Assembly: GCA_965203355.1 (NCBI GenBank)
Contig: OZ241889.1
Span: 3,136,001-3,200,000, forward strand
DNA: 64,000 nucleotides
From: Candidatus Latescibacterota bacterium
GTDB taxonomy: Bacteria > Latescibacterota > UBA2968 > UBA8231
Reading direction: 5' to 3'
Shown: piece after piece, positions 20,403-30,700 of the stretch
Numbering within the stretch: position 1 is the first letter of the stretch
Layout: each line of letters opens with the position of its first letter
Program-made: the position numbers and the translations under genes
The notes under the pieces: model-generated
What the model saw: only the letters and a program-made list of their open reading frames with translations
The model's database searches: none
What the model was told of the DNA's origin: nothing

Positions 20403-21839
20403 TTAGGGCAACGCCACCTCGTCTCCAGTTTCCACCTGCCAAGCGCGAATCCGCTCCCTCAGTTCATCAACTCGCGCTTGCTGCGTGCGCTGGTGGTACA
20501 AATTCTCCAGTTCGTGCGGGTCCGCGTTCAGGTCGTATAGCTCGCCTTGGCCCTTGCCGTACAGGTTGAGCTTCCAGCCATCGGCCGCGACAACGGTGCG
20601 AAGGGGATGCACCAAGCTGCGGTTCGGCTCGGCTTCGCCGATCGAGGCCGGCGGATGGCCGTCGGCACCGCTCCACTCGACAAATATGTCATGGGCCGTC
20701 AAGTCCTCGCGACCGCACAGCACCGGCACCCGGCTCTGCCCCGGCAAATGGTCTGGCACGGCTATCCCCAGCAAGTCGAGCAGCGTGGGCACCAAGTCGA
20801 TATGACTGAACTGGCCGCTGATTCTCCGTGGCGGCGCGTCCAGCATGGGCGCACGCAGCAGCATCGGCACCTTGATCGACTCCTCGTACATCAGGGTCTT
20901 GCCCAAAATCCCGTGATCGCCCATGAGCTCGCCGTGATCCGATGTAAAAATCACAATAGTATCATCGGCCTTGCCGCTTTCGTCTAGCGCCTGAAGGATC
21001 GTAGCCACCGAGCGATCCACCAGCGTCACATTGCCCCAATAGCGAGCCATCAACCCGCGCCAGCCAGCCTCGGTCTGCAAGTCCAACCCGTAGTTTTCCG
21101 AGGCCGAGTAAAAAGCCGCCATCAGCCGCACAAGCAAGGGCGCGTCGTCGGGCGGAGGCTGCCGAAAGCTCGGCCCGGTCGGCAGCGTCTCCGGGGCGTA
21201 GTACTCGTTGAGCGGCCCAGTGTGCGGCGGATGCGGCTCCAGATAGCTGACGCACAGCGCAAACGGCGCCGCACCGCTCTGGCGAATGTACTCCGCAGCC
21301 TGATCGCCTAAAAACGCCGCCTTAGTGTATTCTTCCGGCATGGACGCTTCGGCGTGGCGCGAGAACACGCACTGGCCGAGGCTTTCCGCGTCGGGCGCAA
21401 ACCCCTGCTCGACCAAGAAGTGGTGATACGGGCTGAGCGCGTCCAGCCGCTCCGGCGTGGAATAGCAACCCCGATACGAGTCTTCGCTGCCGACCCACGT
21501 ATCAAACCCATGCTGGGGAAAAATCTCATCCCCCAAGTGCCATTTGCCCATAAAAGCCGTCTGATACGCCGGCGGCAGCATCTCGGCAAAAGTCGGCACC
21601 GCGGCCCGGAGCGGCACATTGCACGCCGGCACCCCAGCGGTGTGCGGCCATAGTCCGGTCAGCATGGTGGCCCGCGCCGGACTGCACACGGGCTGGCTCA
21701 CATAGGCGTTTTCAAAGACAAAGCCGGCCGCGGCCAGCCTGTCGAGGGCCGGGGTCTCGATCTGCTCGTTGCCGTAGCAGCGCAGCGTATCCACGCGCTG
21801 CTGATCGGTAAAGATGTAGAGTAGGTTGGGATGTTTCAT
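20403..21839 (-). CDS. sulfatase (S1, choline-sulfatase-like)
   Basis: PNLLYIFTDQQR, CSPARATMLTG, GKWHLG, SDHGE and ELYDL..DPHE motifs. Confidence 0.92.
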   Translation of the reverse strand: MKHPNLLYIFTDQQRVDTLRCYGNEQIETPALDRLAAAGFVFENAYVSQPVCSPARATMLTGLWPHTAGVPACNVPLRAAVPTFAEMLPPAYQTAFMGKWHLGDEIFPQHGFDTWVGSEDSYRGCYSTPERLDALSPYHHFLVEQGFAPDAESLGQCVFSRHAEASMPEEYTKAAFLGDQAAEYIRQSGAAPFALCVSYLEPHPPHTGPLNEYYAPETLPTGPSFRQPPPDDAPLLVRLMAAFYSASENYGLDLQTEAGWRGLMARYWGNVTLVDRSVATILQALDESGKADDTIVIFTSDHGELMGDHGILGKTLMYEESIKVPMLLRAPMLDAPPRRISGQFSHIDLVPTLLDLLGIAVPDHLPGQSRVPVLCGREDLTAHDIFVEWSGADGHPPASIGEAEPNRSLVHPLRTVVAADGWKLNLYGKGQGELYDLNADPHELENLYHQRTQQARVDELRERIRAWQVETGDEVALP

Positions 21840-22885
21840 GGGCGTCCCTCGCGGTTGGCACGCGAGCGCGGCGTCAGGTCAAAATAGGTCTGATGGCCAG
21901 CGAAAAAGCGCTCTAGTTCATCGACCATGAGGCGAAAAAAATGCGGGTATGCGTCGCCTGTGCGCCCGGAAAAGTGCGGGGTCAAAAATACGTTGGGCAG
22001 GTCGATGATCTCGCTGTCGGCCGGGATCGGCTCCGGGTCGAAGACATCAAAGCCCGCGGCAATGTCGCCTCGCTTGAGACGCTCGATCAGGGCCGCCGAG
22101 TCGAAGATCGGCCCGCGCGATACATTCACCAAAACCGCGCCCGCTGGAATGAGTTCCAACTCGCGCTGGCCAATCATACCTTCGGTCTGCGGCGTCAGCG
22201 GCGCGACGCAGACAATCGCATCGCACTGCGACAGCACGTTGTCCAGCGACGTCAGCAGAAAGCCCAACGCCTCGGCGAGTTCCGGCGACAAGTACGGATC
22301 GCAGACCCACATCTCGACCTCAAAGGGCCGCAACAGTTTCATCAGCCGCCGCCCCATGTGGCCGCCGCCGATCAAACCCACCCGCTTGCCGGTGAGCATT
22401 CCAGCCATCGGCTCAATGATGGACCGCTCGGTATCCTTGGCGAGGATGCGGCGGAAGAGCGCACCGGCATTGCGCATGGCAATCAGCATCAACGCCAAGG
22501 CCCATTCGGCCACCGGATAGGACGAGCCATTGGTCGTATCGACCGTGCGGATGCCCCTTGCCCACGCCGCGTCCAAATCGATCCGCGTGGCAAAGCGGTC
22601 GCCTTCGAGTTCGCCGATAAATCGCAAGCGAGGGGCGGCGTCCAAGATCGCCGCATCAACCCTCGGCGCACCGTGGCAGACCACGAGCGCATCTACGCCA
22701 GCCAGTTCCCTGGCCAACCGCGCCCGGGCCGCGGCGTCTTCGCTGGCTTGGTATATGTTGCCGCCCTCGCTGGCAAACCACGCCCAATCGGCAATCTGCG
22801 CTAGGCGCGTCAACTCGGCTGGCGGCAGATAGCCGTGGCGCACCCGCTCGCTACAGGCGATGAGTACGTGCGGACGATTTCCCAT
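21836..22885 (-). CDS. D-2-hydroxyacid dehydrogenase family protein
   Basis: VAEWAL, GLIGGGHMG, NVSRG, DVFDPEP and LTPH motifs. Confidence 0.9.
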   Translation of the reverse strand: MGNRPHVLIACSERVRHGYLPPAELTRLAQIADWAWFASEGGNIYQASEDAAARARLARELAGVDALVVCHGAPRVDAAILDAAPRLRFIGELEGDRFATRIDLDAAWARGIRTVDTTNGSSYPVAEWALALMLIAMRNAGALFRRILAKDTERSIIEPMAGMLTGKRVGLIGGGHMGRRLMKLLRPFEVEMWVCDPYLSPELAEALGFLLTSLDNVLSQCDAIVCVAPLTPQTEGMIGQRELELIPAGAVLVNVSRGPIFDSAALIERLKRGDIAAGFDVFDPEPIPADSEIIDLPNVFLTPHFSGRTGDAYPHFFRLMVDELERFFAGHQTYFDLTPRSRANREGRP

Positions 22886-22972
22886 TGATTCCTCCCTGGA
22901 TGGATGACAGCGGTTGGCACCGCACCGCCCTAAATAGCATATTTATCCCCGCCCCACAACAGTGGAGATCTT

Positions 22973-23782
22973 ATGCTCGACCTCGAACCTGTTACACCGA
23001 AAACAAGTTTCGGCGTGCGAAGCGTTGCACCAGACGCCATCGACCGCGCCGCCGCCCTCTTTCACCGCGACGGTTTTGCCGTGGTCGCCGAGGCCCTGAC
23101 TGACGAACAATTTGCCTATCTCAAGCAAGGCGCGCACCGGGTCGTGGCCGAGCAGACCGCCGCCGTGCCGCTCGCTAAAGCCAATAGGGGCTTTGCGCGC
23201 TATTCTTTTGGCTCGCAGATCCACCATCCCGAGTGGGCCATGCTCGTGGACTTGCCGACCGTTTTACCCATCGTCGAAGCCATTTTTGCCAGCGATCAGT
23301 TCACGTGCAGCGGTGGTGGCGGCGATTATTCCCTGCCCGGCGCGAAAATCCAGCCACTACACCGCGACATGCCCGACCTGATCAACGACCCCGAACAGCG
23401 CGTCACCATCATGGACCTGCCCACGCCCTTTGTCGTGGTCAACTTTCCCATGATTGATTTTAGCGTGGAAAACGGAGCCACGCGCTTCATCCGCGGCACC
23501 CACCGCTCGCGCCATCCCATCCCCAGCCTCGCAGACGAACCCGCTTGGATGCAGCAATCGATCGCCTGTGTGCCGATTCGCTCAGCCCTCATTCGGGACG
23601 TGCGCTGCTGGCACGGCGGCACGGCCAACACATCCACAGCGGTGCGCATTATGACGAGCGTCGGCTATTACGCGCCTTGGTTTCGTCGGCCCAAAAAAGA
23701 TGGGGAAATGCCCCGCGCCCGGTACGACGCCCTTTCAGAGCGCGGCAAGACGCTGTGCCGTTATCTTGCGGCGTTAGATTAG
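22973..23782 (+). CDS. phytanoyl-CoA dioxygenase (PhyH) family protein
   Basis: FHRDGF, HxD (LHRD), ENGATRFIRGTH and WHGG motifs. Confidence 0.88.
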   Translation: MLDLEPVTPKTSFGVRSVAPDAIDRAAALFHRDGFAVVAEALTDEQFAYLKQGAHRVVAEQTAAVPLAKANRGFARYSFGSQIHHPEWAMLVDLPTVLPIVEAIFASDQFTCSGGGGDYSLPGAKIQPLHRDMPDLINDPEQRVTIMDLPTPFVVVNFPMIDFSVENGATRFIRGTHRSRHPIPSLADEPAWMQQSIACVPIRSALIRDVRCWHGGTANTSTAVRIMTSVGYYAPWFRRPKKDGEMPRARYDALSERGKTLCRYLAALD

Positions 23783-23943
23783 CCGGGAGCCGGCAATCCC
23801 GCGGCTGGCGTTCTCCCCACAAGCGACGCAGAGCCAGCGTATAGCGAGGCACATTCCTCGATCCAATCCGCGCTTGCCTCGCATACCCGGCCCTTGTTAT
23901 TGTAGAAACAACACACCCATCGCCCACCCATCGGAGGAAAACC

Positions 23944-24951
23944 ATGCCCGCGCTCACTCCCAGCCAACTCGACCACTTTGCCCGCGAAGGCTACGTCGTC
24001 GTCAAAGGCGTTCTCGATCCGGTCCATACCCTCGACCCGGTCATCGACGAATACGCCGCCGTCCTCGACCGCTTGGCCGACGCGCTCTACGCTCAAGGCG
24101 AAATCACCTCGCGTTACGAAGCACTCGATTTTGGCGACCGCTACATCCAAATTTGCGTTGAAACCGGCCGCGTCCACAGCCAGTACTTCGACTTCTCACT
24201 GCCCTTTCAAAACGTCCAGCCCGACACCCCCTTCTGGGCCGGACCAGCCGTCTTCCGCGCCTTTACCGACCCGAACCTGCTCGACGTCGTCGAGTCGCTG
24301 ATTGGCCCAGAAATCTACTCCAATCCCGTCCAACACGTGCGCATCAAGCCGCCCGAGCACTACCTGCCCAAGAACCAGTTCGGCAACGCCATCCTCGGCG
24401 CGACCCAATGGCATCAAGACCACGGCGTCGTCACCGAAGAAGCAGACGACACCCAGATGCTGACCGTGTGGTTCTCACTCCAAGACACCCCCATCGAAAA
24501 AGGTCCGCTGATGGTCGTGCCCGGCTCGCACCAAAGCGGATTGCTGCCGCACTGCCCGAACTACATGGACAACGCACCCCAGTTCGCGGGCGCGGCCCAA
24601 ATCCCGGAAAAACTCTTTGCGGCCGATCAGGCCATTCCCTTGCCGGTCGAGCGCGGCGACGTCATCTGCGTCCACAAGCAGACCGTCCATGGGTCCTATC
24701 CCAACGTCAGCGACGAGGTCCGCTGGAGCTTTGACCTGCGCTACAATCCCACCGACCAGCCCACCGGGCGCATCGCCTTCCCCGGGTTTATCGCCCGCAG
24801 CCGCCGCGAGCCAAACAGCGCACTGCGCGACCCGGCCGAGTGGCACCGACTGTGGCTGGAAGCACGCGCGAGCATGTCCACGCTCAACCAAGACGGCCAG
24901 ACTGACGTCCCCTTCCGCCGCGCCTCAATGGCGCATCCCCTGTGCGCCTAA
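23944..24951 (+). CDS. phytanoyl-CoA dioxygenase (PhyH) family protein
   Basis: FAREGY, WHQD, GPLMVVPGSH, HGSYPN and RWSFDLRY motifs; GGAGG RBS. Confidence 0.9.
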   Translation: MPALTPSQLDHFAREGYVVVKGVLDPVHTLDPVIDEYAAVLDRLADALYAQGEITSRYEALDFGDRYIQICVETGRVHSQYFDFSLPFQNVQPDTPFWAGPAVFRAFTDPNLLDVVESLIGPEIYSNPVQHVRIKPPEHYLPKNQFGNAILGATQWHQDHGVVTEEADDTQMLTVWFSLQDTPIEKGPLMVVPGSHQSGLLPHCPNYMDNAPQFAGAAQIPEKLFAADQAIPLPVERGDVICVHKQTVHGSYPNVSDEVRWSFDLRYNPTDQPTGRIAFPGFIARSRREPNSALRDPAEWHRLWLEARASMSTLNQDGQTDVPFRRASMAHPLCA

Positions 24952-24956
24952 ACGCC

Positions 24957-25985
24957 ATGCAGCCATTCGATAGCTACGCCGACCTGCTCACCCATATCCA
25001 AGACAACGGCCACACCCCGCACTTCCTCGGCCGCGCACCCGACGGACAGCCCATTGTCGCGGTCAAAAGCGGCGGCGACAAAACACCGGCCATTTTCATC
25101 AGCGCCGGTAGCCATGCCACCGAGCAAGCGGGCGTCAGTGCGGCCTGCGCCCTTATCGACGAGATCGAGACTGAGCACCAACTCTACACCATGCCCAGCC
25201 GCGACCCCATCGGCATGAACGGCTTGGCCTACGCGCTCGGCCTAAGCCTAGACGAAGCCCCAGCCCTCGGCGGCCTCGACGACGTCGCCCCCTTGCTCAA
25301 AAAGCGCGGCCAAGTCCTCTATGAAAAAGGCGATACCGCGGTCGCCATCATCGGCGAGTACGGCTACGCGACCCACAACTTGTACCACCGATCGGTGGCG
25401 GCTTGGATCGAGGCACTCAAGGGCCGTCGGCTCTACTTTGCCGCCAGCAATCCCGGCGTCAACCGCGCGTACACGCTGGTAATCAACCCCGCTGGCGAAG
25501 TCCTCCACCTCAACCGCTTTCACGACACTTCTTGGGCACCCGTCGAGTCGCGCTGTACCCGCGACCTAATGGCCGTCATCCAGCCCGGTTTGACGCTCGA
25601 CCTCCACGAGCACGGGGGCGACTTCTTCTGGTTTTCGGCGCGGCATCAGCGCACGCCCAGCGACCAAGAGTGGGAAGAGCGCATGGCCGACGCTATGATC
25701 GCCGCCGTCGCCGCCTCGGGCGCCGCCCTGCCACCAGCCGACTATGTACCTGGCGCGTTTTTTACCCGAGGGCCGCACGGGGTCTTCTGGCTCAACGCGG
25801 CCCAGCGCGGCGAAGGACTCAACCTCGCCGACTTCGCGGCTCGTACCTACGGCCCCGCATTCACCATTGAAACCGGCATGGCCCTGAGCTTTGCCGACCG
25901 AGTCCATGCCTCCAAGCTAGCGGCGAAAAAGGCCGTAGAGGTGTTTGCAGAGCACCACGCCGGATGCCGGTCGGCCACGCCCTAA
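24957..25985 (+). CDS. M14 zinc carboxypeptidase/deacylase-like protein
   Basis: HxxE (GSHATE), LNR, DLHE and catalytic FTIET motifs. Confidence 0.7.
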   Translation: MQPFDSYADLLTHIQDNGHTPHFLGRAPDGQPIVAVKSGGDKTPAIFISAGSHATEQAGVSAACALIDEIETEHQLYTMPSRDPIGMNGLAYALGLSLDEAPALGGLDDVAPLLKKRGQVLYEKGDTAVAIIGEYGYATHNLYHRSVAAWIEALKGRRLYFAASNPGVNRAYTLVINPAGEVLHLNRFHDTSWAPVESRCTRDLMAVIQPGLTLDLHEHGGDFFWFSARHQRTPSDQEWEERMADAMIAAVAASGAALPPADYVPGAFFTRGPHGVFWLNAAQRGEGLNLADFAARTYGPAFTIETGMALSFADRVHASKLAAKKAVEVFAEHHAGCRSATP

Positions 25986-27223
25986 GCCGCTTTCGGCTGC
26001 GGGAATTCAACCGCAATGTCCGGCTGTTCTTCGCTTTTGGCACCTCAATCAACGCCGGCATGGCGCTTTTTTCTCTGCTGTACAATCTCTATCTACTGCG
26101 CCTGAGCTACCAAGAGGACTTCATCGGCCAAGTCGCCAGCATGGCACCGCTGGCGACCGGCCTATTGGCCCTACCCACCGGCATCCTGAGCGACCGCCTC
26201 GGCCGCCGCCCCTTCCTCATAGCCTCGGGGCTGCTGCTGGCTATCTCCCAGTTGGGCCTGTGCTTGACCACGGCGTCGGGCGCACTGCTGGCGTTTTCGT
26301 TTGTCGGCGGCGTGGCCATGGCCTTCGTCTGGGTCAACCACGTGCCCTTCCTCTCGGACAACGCCCACCCAGCGCGCCGCGCCGAAGCCCTCGCCATCTG
26401 GTCGGCCCTGCAAATAGTCGTCCGCATGCTCTTAAGCCTAATCGGCGGCTTCATGCCCGGGGTCATGGGCTACTTTCTCGGCCTTTCCACCGAGGCCCCC
26501 GCGCCCTTCCGCTACGCGCTGCTACTCGGCGCGGCGTGTTCGCTCATCGCCATCGTGCCGCTATTATACGCATCCGGTCAAGCCCGCCGCGCCAGAACAC
26601 CCGCGTCAGCCCGAGCGCCAGAGGCGGACGCGCCGACAGCCCCACCGTGGCGCGTCTTTGCCGCTATCACCGCCTTGAGCGGCACGCGCGGCTTCTCCAT
26701 GGGGCTGACGTACCCGTTCTTCAATGTGTTCTTCGAGGCTGAGTTAGGGGTCGGTCCGGCCGCGATCGGCGCCATTTTCTTCCTCAGCCAACTCGCCGGC
26801 CTACCAGCGACCTTTGCCGCGCCAACGCTGGTGCGCCGCTTCGGTCCGACGCTGACCATCCTTCCATCCCGCATTATGGGCGGCAGTGCCCTCGGGGTCA
26901 TGGGGGCCTTTATCAGCCTGCCGTTGGCCGTATCCATGTTCCTGCTCGTGCGCATCGGCGAAGTCATCGACAACCCGTCCGATCAGCACTTCTCCACCCA
27001 AGTGCTGCCCCGGCGCTTCTGGGCGCGCATCCAGGGCCTCCGCGTTTGTGGCTTCCAGCTTATGAACTTCCTCGGCAGCCTCATCGGCGGCATACTCATT
27101 CTCGACTATGGCTACGGGGCCGTTTTTGGCTTGGCTTGCGCGTCTCGTATTGCGAGCGGCCTGATCATGGCGGCTTTCTTCGGGCTGCGGCCAACGCGCT
27201 CCCTCGCAAGCGAACACCCATAG
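25964..27223 (+). CDS. MFS transporter
   Basis: About 12 hydrophobic segments and MFS motif A GILSDRLGRR. Confidence 0.9.
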   Translation: MPVGHALSRFRLREFNRNVRLFFAFGTSINAGMALFSLLYNLYLLRLSYQEDFIGQVASMAPLATGLLALPTGILSDRLGRRPFLIASGLLLAISQLGLCLTTASGALLAFSFVGGVAMAFVWVNHVPFLSDNAHPARRAEALAIWSALQIVVRMLLSLIGGFMPGVMGYFLGLSTEAPAPFRYALLLGAACSLIAIVPLLYASGQARRARTPASARAPEADAPTAPPWRVFAAITALSGTRGFSMGLTYPFFNVFFEAELGVGPAAIGAIFFLSQLAGLPATFAAPTLVRRFGPTLTILPSRIMGGSALGVMGAFISLPLAVSMFLLVRIGEVIDNPSDQHFSTQVLPRRFWARIQGLRVCGFQLMNFLGSLIGGILILDYGYGAVFGLACASRIASGLIMAAFFGLRPTRSLASEHP

Positions 27224-27264
27224 TTGAAACGCGCTTTTACCGCAAAAAATAAGATAGTGGTACG

Positions 27265-27384
27265 TTTTGAGATTTAGCTTTACTCCCGTTGCACGGGTCG
27301 CTCTCGCTCTGCCTGAACCCCGGCGACCCAAGCCCGACCTCAACCGGACCGCGACAATTGGAGATTGCAAAACGCATCACGACC
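27265..27384. repeat. direct repeat copy 1 (pairs with 34008-34109)
   Basis: Identical ttagctttactcccgttg block and a 46-bp block cccaagcccg...gattgcaaaa with one mismatch. Confidence 0.85.
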
Positions 27385-27429
27385 GAATGATTTGGTCTAA
27401 TCCCGCTTTGGCAGTACAGGGTAGTTGCC

Positions 27430-27568
27430 GACATGGACAATAGAAATGGGACCCGGCGTCGTGGACGGCGGGCAAACCTGTGCGCTGTCTAATTCCTAGC
27501 ATGGACAATAGACAGTGCGTTGTCTAATTCCCGACATGGACATCCCAGAACATTGAGGTCCCATTTCC
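27430..27568. repeat. nested short repeats and hairpins (catggacaataga; gcg.tgtctaattcc; gaaatgggacc/ggtcccatttc)
   Basis: Direct and inverted copies read directly from the sequence; related to the hairpin at 27682-27717. Confidence 0.7.
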
Positions 27569-27596
27569 ATAACTCGCCAACATCGTGCCGTGTATG

Positions 27597-27651
27597 CTAC
27601 TTGAGCAGCAGCATCTTGACGGCGAGGAAATCACCGCCCGCTTGCAAGCGG
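27597..27651 (-). pseudogene. remnant 3' end of a paralogous surface-protein gene (RLQAGGDFLAVKMLLLK*)
   Basis: Near-duplicate of the last codons and downstream flank of 27740..33394 (RLQAGGDFLDIKKMLLLK*). Confidence 0.8.
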
Positions 27652-27681
27652 TCCTCTAGGCTGTCGATCTGACGTTCATAA

Positions 27682-27717
27682 GAAAATGGGACCCCAGAAA
27701 ACTAAGGTCCCATTTTC
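27682..27717 (-). terminator. hairpin downstream of the surface-protein gene
   Basis: Perfect 12-bp stem GAAAATGGGACC/GGTCCCATTTTC 22 bp after the stop; weak U-tail. Confidence 0.6.
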
Positions 27718-27739
27718 GTAACTTGCGGTGCCGCGTATG

Positions 27740-30700
27740 CTACTTGAGCAGCAGCATCTTCTTGATGTCGAGGAAGTCGCCGCCCGCCTGCAAGCGGTAG
27801 AAGTACATCCCGGACGACACGCTCTGGCCACTATCGTTGGTCGCGTCCCACTCCACCGCATAGCGACCCGCCGCCTGATGCTCGGCGACCAGCGTCCGAA
27901 TCGGCTGACCCAGTACATTATACACGGTCAGCCCCACGTCCGCCGCCTGCGGCAACGCATACTGAATCGTTGTCTGCGGATTGAACGGGTTGGGATAGTT
28001 AGCTGCCAATGAGAACACGGCCGGGCGCGTCTGTAACGACACCGGCGCGGGCAATGCCAGTCGGTTGAAGCCCAACGCCCGGTCATACGTCTGGCTGTCG
28101 GTGATTTCGAGAGTCGTGTGTGCAATCTCGGTCGTCGGACGGAAGACCAAGCGCAATATCAACTCGCCGTCCGAAACGACGTCACCGTGGGCGGCTACCG
28201 TCAACACGCCAGCCTGATCGGCCAGCACCTGCGGCGTAGCAAACGCGCTCCCGCCCAGCGGCTGATCGGTCCGCGCCTCGACGAAGGTTAGCTGGTCGGC
28301 GTCATAGGCTATCTGCAAGCCGTAGCCTTTGACCGCCACGAAGTCGGCTAACCGCACATTAACGATGAACTCTTCTCCCACGCTCGGCAGTTCTGTCGGC
28401 GCGTCCAGATACAGCCGCGCGTCCCCGTTCAGCCCGGTCCGCAGCGGCACCGGCTTGCCCGCCGCAGCCACGCTGCGACCGAAATGGTCGGCCAACACGA
28501 AGAAGTCGTCGAAGTCAATCGTCCCATTCGGGGCCAAGTCAAACGCTGGATCAAAACCCGCGTCGCCTGCCGTCAAGCCGAAGCGGTCGGCCAACACGAA
28601 GAAGTCGTCGAACCCGATACGATGGTCGGCGCCGAACAGCCCCAACAGAGCCTGCCCTTGGCTATCGGCCACCCGGTTGCGCACGGCCAACGCGGTATGC
28701 TCAACCGAATCGGTCTCGTTGTCTAAGTCGAAAGGCCGCACCTGATAGGTGTAATGCACCCCATGCTGCGCCGTCTCATCGACGAAGGACGCTACCCCAG
28801 ACGACACCTCGGCGACCACGGAAAACGCTTCTTCCCCGACCGCCCGGCGATAGATGCGGTAGCCATGCACACCGACGACCGGCTCGACTGGCGCCGGGCC
28901 TAGTGCTCCGGCCACGACCCCTTGCAGCACCTGATCCGACGGCGACAGCGTCCACGTCAGCGCGATGCGACCGCCCTGATCGTCCGGTGCATCCAACACC
29001 TGCAACGCCGACACGGCCAACGGCGCGATGTCGTCAGTCGCCCGCACAGCCTCGGCCGTCCAAGTAATCGACGAACTCAGCACACTACTGACGACATTCA
29101 GCTTCGGTGCCACGCCGCGAGCGTAAGCCAATGCGTCCGGCAGCAACGATGCCAACACCGGCCCCTCACCGCCCTGCGCGGCGGTGCGGCTGGCTTGCAG
29201 CGTCTTCGCCATCTGCGCGTAAGGCTGCGTCAAATCACCCGCCTCGACGAACACGGCTTTGGCCGCATGATGCGTGGTGCGCCCCCCGCGCTCGGCGGCA
29301 ATGCCCCAGCGCGTCGAGACGTTGTCCAGCGTCGCCACGATAGCGCGGCCCATCGCCACGCCAGGCACGGCATCCACGTGCGCCCACGGCACCATCTCAT
29401 TTTCCAGCACCGGCAAGGCGCGGAAAATGCGATAGCCGTCCAGTGACTTATGATCAGCCGATAGTTCCCAAGACAGCATCACGAAACCGCCTTGGTCGCC
29501 TTGGCCGTCCGCACCTTTGTAGTCCTCGGCGACCAGGTTGGTCGGCGCCGACAGCGGCGGCTCCACCACCGCCATGCTCAACGGCAGGGACTGACTCGCG
29601 CCGCTGGCATCTACGACCGTGTAGGCCGCAACCGTCTCGCCCATCGTCGTCGGCGTCCCCGAAATCGTCCGGGTGGCCGGGTCAAACGACAGACCCGCTG
29701 GCAAACCCGACACGCTATACGTCAGCGGCGGGGTGCCCCCGGAGACCGCCGGCAACGTCAGGTTTGCTGGCACACCGACGGTGAATTGAATCATGTTGTC
29801 GGTGTGCGAATCGGCCGGATTGGCCTTGCCAGCACCGCTGTTGAGACCGAACAACGAACTCAGGTCGCCAAAGTCCAGCATCGCGTTGACTGTAATCGTG
29901 AACGTCAGCGAGACGCTTTCGGTGCCAGCCATCGCCGTGTAGGTGACCTCAACGGCCCCATCGGTCGCCGCGTCCGGTGTGCCGGAAATCGTCCGGGTCG
30001 CCGCGTCAAACGACAGCCCGGTCGGTAGCCCCGACACGCTATACGTGATGGCCCCCTCGCCGCCCAACGCCACCGGCAGGACCAACGGCGTAATCGCCGT
30101 GCCCGCCGTATAGGCATGTGCGGCAATCGAAGTGCCCTCGACGAAAGACAAGGGGATCATCGTCTCCCTATCGCCGTCATTATCGTCCATCATCCCGCTG
30201 TCTGTGTCGGTCAGCACCAGCGTCGCCGAACCCGCCGTCAAGCCCGGCAGCATCGCGTTGAGCACCACCGTCTCGTCGCCTTCGGCCATGCCGTCGGCCG
30301 TCGGATCGATCAGCAGGCGCGTCGAACCCATAATCGAACCGGCGGCAATGGTAATCGTCGGATTGAACAGCGCCGAGTAGTCCAAATCGCGCGCGGCACT
30401 CGAAGCCTCGTCAATCGAGACGGAGACCGTCGCGGCCTCGGCCAACGGCTTGCCGTCCAGCGCGGCCATGACCATCACTTCCGTCAATTCCGCCGACTCG
30501 CTGAGCGCGCTCGGCATCACCGACAGCACCAAAGACGTGCTCGGCGTCTCGTCGTCGGAAATCCGCAGGTCCACCTGCCCCCAGCCGCCCGAAGCCGCCG
30601 CCCGAACCCCCAAGTGCTTATGACCATCCGCCGAAGCGTTGTCGATGGGCGACAGGAAAAGCGTCGTCCAACCCATCGTCTCGCCAGCCGCAATGGTGAT

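Noticed and set aside
27430-27570. Short repeats as a CRISPR array
   Set aside because: Only 2-3 partial units, irregular spacing and no cas genes.
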